A stretch of DNA of 64,000 nucleotides from an uncultured Bacteroidales bacterium (GTDB taxonomy: Bacteria; Bacteroidota; Bacteroidia; Bacteroidales; GCA-2748055): contig CAVXNX010000023.1 of the NCBI GenBank assembly GCA_963763215.1, positions 110,260-174,259 on the forward strand. Reading direction: 5' to 3'. The translations under genes were made by a program, and so were the position numbers. The notes below the pieces were generated by a model that had not been told where the DNA came from, ran no database searches, and was given only the letters and a program-made list of their open reading frames with translations. Below are positions 22,103-31,546 of this stretch, piece by piece; positions within the stretch are counted from its first letter, which is position 1; every line of letters starts with the position of its first letter.

Positions 22103-22750
22103 AAATGCCCGGATGGGGGAGAACCTGCGGGATCAGTTTCCTTGTCTTGATTTTTTCAGCCTGGATGCCTGTCAATCTGAAACCCGGAAATTATCGGGGA
22201 TGGACAGCCGATGCGCTGCAGATGCCGTCCAGGTACTGACAGGCCTTCGGTCCCGGGCACTCAGGGTGCGAAGCTGGTCGCATCATACTGCAGCCAGTGT
22301 CATGCCGAGCCCTCACCGAAAGCCCACAGCGCTTCAGACTGGGATCCCGTCTTCCGCAGGATGATTCTCCTGATGGAAAAATCCAGTCAACGGCGGGGTA
22401 TGGGGGGAATGATGGGGGGAAGGGGCCGGAATATGCCCATGGGAATGATGGGAGCGCGGGTGCCGTCAGAAACAGAACAGACGGAAATGCTGAACTACCT
22501 CCGGCAGAATGCCCTCAAATCCATTCCCGTCGATAGCGTTCAGGCTGGGGTAAACCAGGTCGCCGGGGAATTCGTCAGGTACTGTTCCCGCTGCCACGCC
22601 CTGCCTGATCCCGGCCAGCACACCGCTGCAGAATGGCCCGCTGTGGTGGACCGGATGCAGCAACATGCCCGGGATGGACAGCTGTCGGTTATGACGCCTG
22701 ATGAAAAAACCGGGGTTTTGACCTACCTCCGTCAACATGCGCAGCAATAA
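22103..22750 (+). pseudogene. Membrane-anchored dihaem c-type cytochrome with a Met/Gly-rich linker, one frame break near 22215-22235
   Basis: Two CxxCH motifs: CSQCH at 22289-22303 and CSRCH at 22583-22597. Each is followed by P.P..H.A.(D/E)W, then a nearby RM. Linker RRGMGGMMGGRGRNMPMGMMGAR at 22391-22459. The N-terminal anchor MPGWGRTCGISFLVLIFSAWMPV is in another frame starting at 22103. Confidence 0.65.
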
Positions 22751-22805
22751 TACCCGGTTCGATCCCGCAGCCCGGTAAACCCGCAGTGCATTAAAAAAAT
22801 AAAAA

Positions 22806-23581
22806 AATGGAAACCACGACCCGGTCTTGACATCGCCCCGGCGCCCGTCGCTGCCACGCTGATCGACGGCGGACTGGCGCAACAGGTCGCCGGCCTGGGC
22901 CGGTTCGGGTTTCTGGGATCAACGGGTTTATGCAGAGTTTGCCCTATACCGGTCGGCGCAGCTGGGAGCGTAACTACCCCCAGGTCCCGGATCAACGGCA
23001 TCATCCGGGGGTCGCTCCCTACTGGCGGGTCGCCCTTCAGCACCAGTGGACCGGGAAATACCTGGAAGCATTAACCTATGGGCTCGCTGCCGAAATGTTT
23101 CCCGATGGCGTGTCGGGACGAACCGACCGGTATACCGACCTGGCCTTCGACCTGCAATATGAACAGAATTTTAGCGGAATGGTGGCCTCGCGCATTCAAC
23201 ATTTATCCATGAACACCGGGAGATGGATGCCACGGCAGAACAGGGAATCATCGACAAATCCATGTTAAATCTCAATACCTTCAAAGTGGACGGAACATTG
23301 CTGGTGAATAAGAGCTATGGCTTACACTGGGTTATCTCATGACTGAAGGCGATCTTTCCAAGCTTTACGAGGGTGAGAGTGTATACGGCAGTGCCGGCGG
23401 AGATCCTTCGAGCAGTGGAATAACCGGCCAGATCAGCTATCTCCCATGGTATAACGTGAAATTATCGCTTCAGTACATTGCTTACAGCAAGTTTAACGGA
23501 GCATCGGATAATTATGACGGTGCCGGCCGCAATGCTGCAGATAACAATACTCTGTACCTTTTAGTGTGGATCAATTTTTAA
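22806..23581 (+). pseudogene. Degraded putative outer-membrane beta-barrel gene
   Basis: Fragments 22930..23268 and 23339..23581. The last ends QISYLPWYNVKLSLQYIAYSKF...NNTLYLLVWINF, an OMP-like aromatic terminus. No clean N-terminus or signal peptide found. Confidence 0.3.
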
Positions 23582-23694
23582 TCTACAACCATCAATCCTT
23601 TGTCGTTTTGGTAATGACCAGTCCCCGGATATCACCGGGTGATACCGGATTTAATTTCAGACATCCTGTCCTGTTGATGTTATTTCGTACCGGG

Positions 23695-24028
23695 TCACTT
23701 TCTTATCTTCGGAGAGAAGAGCTGAAGATGATCATTGTGATCAGAAAGTCCGTACCGCCCGTGACTGAGCGTGTCTCCCTTGTCGGACATCACCAGGAAC
23801 CGGTCCCCCGGATAAAAAACAAGAGCATTTCCTTCGACATAATTTTCTTCGATCAGAGAGAAAAGTAAGGTCTGCTTGCTCGTCAGATCCCCATTGTCAT
23901 CCACTCCTGTAATGGTCCACTCGCCCAGCATAAAAGGGTTGTCCTTATTAGGGACGAATTCCTTCGAAGATTGCTGACATGCCGATGGCCATCAGAAAAA
24001 CGGAAATGAGAAATGCCGTGGTTTTCAT
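23695..24028 (-). pseudogene. Small lipoprotein, one frame break at the signal peptide
   Basis: MKTTAFLISVFLMAIG starts at 24028. A 1-nt shift then gives CQQSSKEFVPNKDNPFMLGEWTITGVDDNG..., joining ORF 23695..23931. Confidence 0.45.
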
Positions 24029-24267
24029 GTGTCGTTGGTTTTAATTTAATAGAGTCCGGGCTTTCTGACTGCCGGGAATGTTTCTTTTTTATTTTACGTT
24101 GACAGATTAATCTGGAAAATGAAAAAACTTCTGCTCTTTACCTCAAACATATTGTAGACGTCCTCCCGTAGCATATAGATATAACAAAAACAGAGTGTTC
24201 CGGGTTTTACTGGATAATCTACCTGATCCCGAATTCCCTTGTGCTTTTTATTCTTCTGTGCCATCCG

Positions 24268-26349
24268 TTATCTCTGCCACATAGCGGCAATGCCCTGGAA
24301 ATTTGGCATTGCCAGGTGACCGTTCAGTACGGTTGTGCCCAGTGCATCCATTTCGGCCGGCAGCGTTTCACGGGAAACAATGCTGTCATCCACAGTCAGA
24401 GTGAGAGTGAGATCTCCTTTCCAGTCGGCATCCCGGTCATTGGTCAGATGAATGGGGACTTCAAGAACCGTTCCCGTCGGAAAGTGGTCCTTCCACAGTT
24501 CCACCATGATGCCAACAGGATTAAAGGCAGATTTCAGGTATTCATAGAAATGCGGCTCAAATTCAAGATTTTGTATGTCGATAAAATGATCGCTGGTCTG
24601 GCCCCTGGGCGGATCGGAACGGGAGTAACCCAGCCCGCAAAAATGCATGACGGCGGCACATTTACGGCTGGCGCGCCAGTATTCGGTAAGGATGGCCAGG
24701 TTGCGGGCATAGATGTCGAATCGCGCTGAGGCATTGGTGGCCGAAGGATACAAATCGCGGTAGATCGTGTCGGTAAGGGTAGTGGGTGATCCGTCCCGGT
24801 TCAGCCACAGCCATCCGTATTCATTGATGACTACTGGATTGCCGTATTTTTGGCCTGAAGGAAGCGGCGAATATTTATTGGGGCGTTATCCGGTGTCGGA
24901 TGTCGGAAAATAAATCATAAAGGATACCGTAGGGTCCCGGTTTTTTGCCCGGAAAATTATAGGTTGAAAAAAGATAGGGATGGGATTCCCGGATATCACC
25001 GGGTCCGGCGGGTGCTGCCCAACCGTTATCCCAGGGCCTGCCGGAAAGATCGAGTGATCTGACTTTGTTTATGGCTCTGCCCGTCACCATCATTTATGGA
25101 TTCATTCTGAGCATCCCATATCACCACTGAGGATGATTCCAGCGGTCCTGCATCCAGGCGGCATATTCGCCGGCCAGCTGGTCCGCATTCAGGTTTTTCT
25201 GGTATTTCTCGAAAACCTCCCTCCGCCCGTCCATACCGGAAATTCATCCTGGATGAGAAACCCGAAGCTGTCCGCAATATCATACCATCGTTCGGGAGGA
25301 AAGCCGATACAGTACCGGATACTGTTCCAGTTCATTTCCTTAAACTTTCATGAAGTTCTGACAGGCCATTTTTTATCCCAGGGCAGATTTCCCCGGGCGG
25401 GATCTTCGAAAAATCGGAATATGCATACATTCGTGCCCCGCATACGATAAGGTTTCCCATTAAGAACAGCCACTCCTTTTTCCCTGTCGAACCTGAAACT
25501 TCTGACCCCGAACCGGAGACTTTTATTGTCCCCGGTGGTGGAAAGGTCAAGGGTATAGAGAAAAGGATCCTCCGGGGTCCAAAGATGACAGCCGGGGATG
25601 GAAAGCGTGAAGTCGATTGTGGCTGTTCCGGACTCATTTCCTTTGCTACCTGCAATTTCACCTTCCGTCACTTTTTTGCCCGAAGCCAGTTCGCGGATCC
25701 GGTATTTTACAGGACCGGTTGCGTCAGCAGTGCCGGTGAGAATATCCCCGGCAATCCGGATATTCTTTGCCACAGGGTCAGGCACTATCTGGACATTCGC
25801 GATATATGGAAAATTCGCGGCGATAAGTTTTACATCATCATAAATCCCGGGCTGGTAGACGATCTTCTCAAAATCATGCCCATTGACAACCGTATCGGGA
25901 AGCTGATCGCGGCATCCGACGGAAATGATAAGCTCATTTTCCTCCCCGTCTTTCAGAAAAGGTTTGATATCAAAGACAGAAGGAGTATAACACCAAACAT
26001 TCCCGCCGGCAAAGTGCCCGTTGACATAGACGCGGGTATGGTACATGGACTTGTTTATCCTGAGAAGGGTAAGGTCTTTATCTGTTCCGGTTTTGAACCG
26101 GGTCCGATACCAGAAAACAGAATGCGTGTAGGTGCTGTCTGCTCCGTTTACCCGGGGTTCGGCCATATCCACAAGTCCCGGAACAGGAACTGAGGATGTA
26201 AATGTTTCCGGGAGGATATCCCCCGTTTCGGTACGGGCCAGGTTCCATGTGCCATTCAGGCTGATCTCCTGCCTCATGTTTTCCTGCCAGCTGCAACCTG
26301 CAAGAAGTAACGCGGAAAAAACAATAGCGGCGAAACTTGCATTTTTCAT
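24268..26349 (-). pseudogene. GH2-like glycoside hydrolase (lipoprotein), several frame breaks
   Basis: The N-terminal 333-aa piece (25348..26349) has the lipobox MKNASFAAIVFSALLLAGC and a GH2 sugar-binding-domain-like stretch: LNGTWNL, WYRTRF, LRINKSMYHTRVYVNGHFAG. Colinear pieces at 25026..25283, 24875..25093 and 24268..24753. Confidence 0.6.
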
Positions 26350-26565
26350 GGGAGGGATTTTTTGGGATTATGAGTTAAAGGTAAATATTTAAACGTCTTT
26401 TTTCAAAATGTAAACAGGGTTTGCATTTAAAGATAAGTTTTGATTGGACCTCTATCTCTCCCCCGACACCACACACTCCCGGTCTCTTGTTTATTATGGA
26501 GAGCTGTCCCGCTCCAGAAACCATATGACCTGCCGATCCCCCGATCGCTATCGGGGCAAACTATT

Positions 26566-26652
26566 CTCAAACAACCCTCAAACAACCCTCAAACAACCCT
26601 CAAACAACCCTCAAACCACTCTCAAACCACCCTCAAACCACCTCAAACTATT
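26566..26652. repeat. Tandem 11-bp repeat CTCAAACAACC, 4 perfect plus about 4 degenerate units
   Basis: Perfect units at 26566, 26577, 26588 and 26599. Variants CTCAAACCACT, CTCAAACCACC, CTCAAACCAC and CTCAAACTATT follow. AAACTATTCTCA occurs at both ends (about 26559 and 26645). Confidence 0.9.
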
Positions 26653-26693
26653 CTCACCCCACCCTCCCCCCTTTACTTTTCTTTTTTTTCGTT

Positions 26694-26718
26694 GTAACTT
26701 TTGATGCCTCTGTTCGTC
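26694..26718 (+). promoter_or_regulatory. Candidate ECF-type promoter (GTAAC-N16-CGTC) for the sigma factor gene
   Basis: GTAAC at 26694-26698, a 16-nt spacer, then CGTC at 26715-26718, about 28 nt before the ATG at 26746. This resembles the generic AAC-N16/17-CGT architecture of autoregulated ECF promoters. Confidence 0.3.
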
Positions 26719-26745
26719 CCACTAAAGGAAAACGGAATAATCTTC

Positions 26746-27231
26746 ATGACTGTTAAAGAGTATAACCAGGCCGTGGATTTATATTCGGATGGTGTTTACC
26801 GGTTCATCCTTAAAAACATAAAGGACAATGAAAGAGCCAGGGACATCGTTCAGGATACCTTTGAAAAATTATGGAGAAAAGTCTCAGAGGTCAATGGTGA
26901 AAAGGTGAAATCCTATCTTTTTTCAACGGCCTATCATACCATGATTGATACGATCCGGAAAGAGAGCCGGCAGACCGGCATGGAAAACGTTCCGCCCGGG
27001 GAGATGTCGCACGAAAGGCAGTATACCGATCTCAATGAGATCCTTCACCGTGCCATCGACCGGTTGCCGGAAGATCAGAAAGCGGTGATTCTCCTGAGGG
27101 ACTACGAGGGGTATTCATACTCGGAAATATCGGGGATCACCGGTTTGAGTGAATCCCAGGTCAAGGTCTATATTTACCGGGCCAGGGTGTTTTTGAAAAA
27201 ATTTATCGGAAGTCCGGAAAGGGTGATATAA
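26746..27231 (+). CDS. ECF-type RNA polymerase sigma-70 family factor
   Basis: Region 2 (VYRFILKNIKDNERARDIVQDTFEKLW) and region 4 HTH (LRDYEGYSYSEISGITGLSESQVKVYIYRAR). The ORF track starts at 26701; I prefer MTVKEYNQ at 26746. Confidence 0.9.
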   Translation: MTVKEYNQAVDLYSDGVYRFILKNIKDNERARDIVQDTFEKLWRKVSEVNGEKVKSYLFSTAYHTMIDTIRKESRQTGMENVPPGEMSHERQYTDLNEILHRAIDRLPEDQKAVILLRDYEGYSYSEISGITGLSESQVKVYIYRARVFLKKFIGSPERVI

Positions 27232-27244
27232 ACAAAAGAATGTG

Positions 27245-28382
27245 ATGAAAATCAGCAGGGACAATTACGAAGAATTTTTCCTCAGTTACCTCGATGGCCG
27301 GCTGACCGACGCGGAGATCCTGGCGATGGAAGAATTCCTTCTTCTGAATCCCGATCTCCGCCGGGAGCTTGAGGGTCTCGAAGATGCTGTGCTCGTCCCC
27401 CGTGACGTTCATTACCCCTTCAGGGAGATCCTCAGAAAAACCGATCTTTCCCTTCCGGTGGTTGATGAGAACTTCGATGATTTCTGTGCTGCGTGGATAG
27501 AAGGGGATCTGACCGCCGATGCAGATCGACGGTCTGGAACTCTACCTCCGGCAAAATCCGGCAAAGAAAGCCGACAGGGACCTTTACGCCAGAATACGCC
27601 TCAGCCCTGACAGATCCCTGATGTTCCCCGGAAAACAAAAACTCAGAAAAAGTCTCTTCCTGATCTACCGCCATGAAATCATAGCGGGATTGGCTGTTGC
27701 TGCGGGAATAGCCCTTCTGGCCGGAGCCTGGTTCGGGTTTATGGAACACCGGATCAACACAATGACGCAGATCCAGGCTTTCCGGCAGGATCAGACACCT
27801 GGCGTCGATACCGCAGGTATGGAACATCCATCTCCGGCCGTAACCGCTGAGCCCGGGAACAAGCCCGCTCAACCTGCCGGAACGGAAACGGCCCCCAAGC
27901 CCGTCAAACAAAAACCGGCCTCCAGGGGAATATCCTTCAGGGTCGATATGCCCGTGGCCAGCAATGCAGGCTCCTCGAAAAAAGAACACATCGATGAAGG
28001 CAGGCTGTTGAGCCAGGTGCGCATCGATCCCGAACGGATCAATGGAAGCGCGGTACTTCCCGGTTCCTCAGGGAAAGATAACATCACCCTGGCGAAATTG
28101 TCGACCGGGACTTCTGAGGGACAATATTCTGCGGGCCATACGGAATATCTTTCCATCGAGCAGTTTGCCAAACAGAAATTCAGTAATCTTGTCTTCGGCA
28201 AGGAAGCGCCCCGCGATCTGACCGTCTGGAATGTGGTCATTGCCGGAATCGACAAGGTCAATGACCTCACCGGCGCCAATATGAAACTGGAACGTAAAAC
28301 GGATCCGGAGGGTGAAACCAGGGCGCTGAAATTTGATTCCAAACTTCTGAAGATCAATGCGCCCGTCAATAAGAACGAATAA
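27245..28382 (+). pseudogene. Putative anti-sigma factor, one frame break near 27520-27610
   Basis: It sits immediately downstream of the ECF sigma gene. N-terminus MKISRDNYEEFFLSYLDGRLTDAEILAMEEFLLLNPDLRREL. Central TM segment IIAGLAVAAGIALLAGAWFGF in ORF 27519..28382. Confidence 0.55.
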
Positions 28383-28676
28383 CAGGCTGTTCCGGCAGTT
28401 CTGATGATGTTCACAGAAATTCCCCCGCCTTCCCCGGCTTGTCAAAGCCTTCCATCCCCGGTGCAGTTAAGAATAAACAATCCTATTTCCTTTGCCGGAC
28501 CTCAGCCCCCGCAAACGGATCCTCAGGTCAGGCCTGATTTGAAAATTTAACGACTGCACGACACAACAGGTAAAAAAAGTTTTTCAATGGCCTGTAACTT
28601 TACCCGGGGCCTGTCCGTCGTACTGACAGAAAACCGGTTGAAATCAACAATACATCAAACACAAAAGACCCGTACC

Positions 28677-29609
28677 ATGAAAAAGTCTATAAGTATACTC
28701 GCCGCGCTGGTTTTTGCCCTCAGTCTCCAGGCACAGCCCGATACCACACAGGCCGGCAATGTCAAAGTCATCCAGGATGAAGGCAAAACCGTTGTCCAGA
28801 TCGGAAAATCCAATGGCGTCACGATTGAAGAAGGGGATGATACCACCCATATCAGGCTCGGAAACAAAGGGATCACCGTTATTGAGGATGAAAACGGGAC
28901 ACGGATTAACATGAAGGATACCATCAAAGAGGAGGAGCAGGTTGAAAACGAGGAAAAAGGAAATGAAGGTCACAAAAAATTTAAACCACATTGGGCAGGA
29001 TTCCAGGTTGGTATGAATAATTATGTCGACAAGGACTTTTCCATGAGCCGCAGCGGCAGCGCTGCCTTTATGGATCTGAACACCGGAAGGTCGTGGAACT
29101 TCAACATCAATTTCCTGGAATACGGTCTTGGCCTGGGAACCGATAAGCTCGGCCTTGTTACAGGACTTGGCCTTGAACTGAGCAATTACCATTTCGACCA
29201 GGGAAATACCATCGAAGAAAATCCGGACGGGCAAATTTCTGGCGTCTTTCTGCCCGCTTCCATGAGCATCATAAAGTCGAGACTTCAGACAACCTATCTC
29301 ACTGCCCCCCTGCTGCTTGAAGCTCAGATCCCGGCCGGCAAGAAGAGGGTCCACATTTCAGGCGGCGTGATCGGAGGCGTGAAACTGGGATCCAACACCA
29401 AAGTGGTTTATCGCGAGAATGGCGACAAACAGAAAGATAAAACCCGCGATGATTTCAACCTTACGCCCCTTCGCTATGGCCTGGCCGTCAGGATCGGGTA
29501 CCGCGGGCTCAACCTGTACGCGAATTATTACCTGACCTCCCTTTTCGAAGCTAACAAGGGACCGGAATTGTATCCTTTTGCCGTGGGTCTCACCCTTCTG
29601 AATTTCTAA
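28677..29609 (+). CDS. Outer-membrane beta-barrel protein (porin-family fold)
   Basis: Signal MKKSISILAALVFALSLQAQ (internal Met of ORF 28587..29609), alternating beta-strand pattern, C-terminus YPFAVGLTLLNF. Confidence 0.7.
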   Translation: MKKSISILAALVFALSLQAQPDTTQAGNVKVIQDEGKTVVQIGKSNGVTIEEGDDTTHIRLGNKGITVIEDENGTRINMKDTIKEEEQVENEEKGNEGHKKFKPHWAGFQVGMNNYVDKDFSMSRSGSAAFMDLNTGRSWNFNINFLEYGLGLGTDKLGLVTGLGLELSNYHFDQGNTIEENPDGQISGVFLPASMSIIKSRLQTTYLTAPLLLEAQIPAGKKRVHISGGVIGGVKLGSNTKVVYRENGDKQKDKTRDDFNLTPLRYGLAVRIGYRGLNLYANYYLTSLFEANKGPELYPFAVGLTLLNF

Positions 29610-29635
29610 AATTCCCCGTTATATCATACATCAAT

Positions 29636-29669
29636 GACAATCCGCCGATCTGGCGGGTTGTCTTTTTTT
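29636..29669 (+). terminator. Rho-independent terminator after the OMP gene
   Basis: GACAATCCGCC (29636-29646) pairs with GGCGGGTTGTC (29652-29662), one mismatch, followed by a T7 run. Confidence 0.7.
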
Positions 29670-29956
29670 AGTGCGTGCTCCACAGGCATTTTCCTTGCGG
29701 CGCGATGTTGCCTTTTCCGGATATGCCCGGTCTCCCTCCCCGGTTTTTATGGGTGATGATTCAGAAGAGACGACCACCGCGAACTTTGGGTGCTGAAATG
29801 GGTTTAAGATATGTTTGTGAACCTCCCGGTTAAGGGAATGGAAAGTTCCGGCCAGCCGCGAATGCAATAGGGCTCTTTTCCCCTCCTGCCTCGGGGTTCG
29901 CAAATCCGGGAGCATTCCCTATATTTGCCCTGTTAAACCTTCATAATCTTCAAACG

Positions 29957-30718
29957 ATGCTGACAGACCCTGAAAAAAATCGCTACCGGAGGCATATCAT
30001 GCTCCCTGAAATCGGTGAAGAAGGCCAGGAGAAGCTCAAAGCCGCCAGGGTTCTCGTTATCGGGGCCGGGGGATTGGGCGCGCCGGTGTTGCAATACCTG
30101 ACTGCCGCCGGTGTTGGCAAGCTCGGGATCATGGACGACGATGTCGTCAACGAGGACAACCTCCATCGCCAGATCCTTTATGGCGGTCATGATCTCGGGA
30201 AACTGAAGACCATCATTGCCCGCGAAAGGCTCGAGGTTTTAAACCCTTTTGTCGGGCATGAAATGATCAACATCCGTATCAAAAAGGAAAATGCCCTGGA
30301 TTTTATCGGCCGCTTCGATCTGGTTATCGATGCCACTGATAACTTTTCTACACGCTACCTCGTCAATGATGCCTGTGCCATTCTGAAAAAGCCCTGGATA
30401 TTTGGCTCCGTTTACAAATATGAGGGTCAGGTCTCGACGTTCAATTACCAAAACGGTCCTTCCCTTCGGTGTCTTTACCCGGAGATCCGCGACCATGAAA
30501 ATGTTCCCGATCCCGCACAGCAGGGTTTGCTGGGTATACTCCCCGGGATCATCGGATCCTTCCAGGCTGTGGAAGCCCTGAAAATTCTCACCGGCATCGG
30601 GGAAGTCCTGTCGGGTAAATTGCTGATATACAACATGCTCGACCATTCCCTGCAGATGGTTGAATTTGCGAAAAATCCGGAAATCCCTGAAATTACCGCT
30701 CTTGCCGACCATTACTGA
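29957..30718 (+). CDS. HesA/MoeB/ThiF family adenylyltransferase
   Basis: RYRRHIMLPEIGEEGQEKL, the nucleotide-binding loop VIGAGGLGAPVLQYLTAAGVG, and DDDVVNEDNLHRQ. Confidence 0.85.
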   Translation: MLTDPEKNRYRRHIMLPEIGEEGQEKLKAARVLVIGAGGLGAPVLQYLTAAGVGKLGIMDDDVVNEDNLHRQILYGGHDLGKLKTIIARERLEVLNPFVGHEMINIRIKKENALDFIGRFDLVIDATDNFSTRYLVNDACAILKKPWIFGSVYKYEGQVSTFNYQNGPSLRCLYPEIRDHENVPDPAQQGLLGILPGIIGSFQAVEALKILTGIGEVLSGKLLIYNMLDHSLQMVEFAKNPEIPEITALADHY

Positions 30719-30805
30719 GTTCATGCCCGTCCGGATGTGAATAAATTTACGTCCCGCCTCCCGCGGGTTGTATTACCTTTGCAGGGAACGTAAACTATCG
30801 ATGTC

Positions 30806-31519
30806 ATGAGACTTTTGCTGATCAGCAATTCGACCAATGCCGGCGAGCCCTACCTGCAATACCCCTTACCGGTCATCCGGGACTTCCTCGGCCCGCAACC
30901 GCTGAAATGCGCTTTCATCCCCTATGCCGGGGTGACCATTGATTTTGACACCTACACGGCACGGGTAAAGAAACGATTTGAAGAATCAGGCCATCACCTC
31001 GTTTCTGTCCATGCCGATGTCGACCCCGTTGAGGTGCTGGAAGAAGCGGAAGCCATCGTCGTTGGGGGAGGCAATACATGGCAGTTGCTCAAGATGACTC
31101 AGGAAGCCGGGCTGATGGATACGGTCAGGCGTAAGGTTCTCAATGGAACACCTTATATCGGCTGGAGTGCAGGCTCGAATATGGCCTGTCCGACTATCCG
31201 GACCACGAACGACATGCCGGTGGTCCAGCCCCGCGACTTTCACGCCTTCGATCTGATTCCGTTCCAGATCAACCCCCACTACCTGGATGCCAATCCCGAA
31301 GGGCATGCCGGTGAAACCCGGGAGGCCAGAATTGAAGAATTCATTGAGATCAACCGGGGAATATATGTTCTGGGCCTCAGGGAGGGAAGCATCCTGAGGG
31401 TGGAGCATACGCATCTGCTCCTCTGGGGCGACAAAACCGCAAGGCTGTTTAAATACGGCCGGAGCCCGCGGGAAATTCAACCCGGTGAAAACCTGGATTT
31501 TTTGCTGGAAGAAAAATAA
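30806..31519 (+). CDS. pepE: Dipeptidase E (peptidase S51)
   Basis: MRLLLISNSTNAGEPYLQY, IVVGGGNTWQLL and GWSAGSN (catalytic Ser context), as in PepE. Confidence 0.85.
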   Translation: MRLLLISNSTNAGEPYLQYPLPVIRDFLGPQPLKCAFIPYAGVTIDFDTYTARVKKRFEESGHHLVSVHADVDPVEVLEEAEAIVVGGGNTWQLLKMTQEAGLMDTVRRKVLNGTPYIGWSAGSNMACPTIRTTNDMPVVQPRDFHAFDLIPFQINPHYLDANPEGHAGETREARIEEFIEINRGIYVLGLREGSILRVEHTHLLLWGDKTARLFKYGRSPREIQPGENLDFLLEEK

Positions 31520-31546
31520 TTACCCCGGTTTTTAGTTTTATTCAAA

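Noticed and set aside
22750-22790. tRNA-like T-loop GGTTCGATCCC just after the cytochrome c stop codon
   Set aside because: The flanking bases do not form a T-stem, no acceptor, D or anticodon arms can be drawn, and the upstream sequence is coding.
26440-26704. ORFs 26440..26697 and 26444..26704 encoding PQTTLKQPSNN repeats
   Set aside because: They are translations of the 11-bp microsatellite and its flanks, with no start context or signal. The region is the upstream region of the ECF sigma gene.
29670-29956. Riboswitch (TPP or Moco type) in the 290-nt region upstream of the MoeB/ThiF-family gene
   Set aside because: Only loose resemblance exists (GGGTGCTGAAATGGG ... GAACCTCCCGG against the TPP core with CTGAGA and ACCTGATCTGG), and the key conserved blocks are missing. 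A small SRP-RNA-like CCGGAAAAGGCAAC on the other strand also fails to match the conserved GGAAGCAGC core. An Infernal/Rfam scan would settle it.
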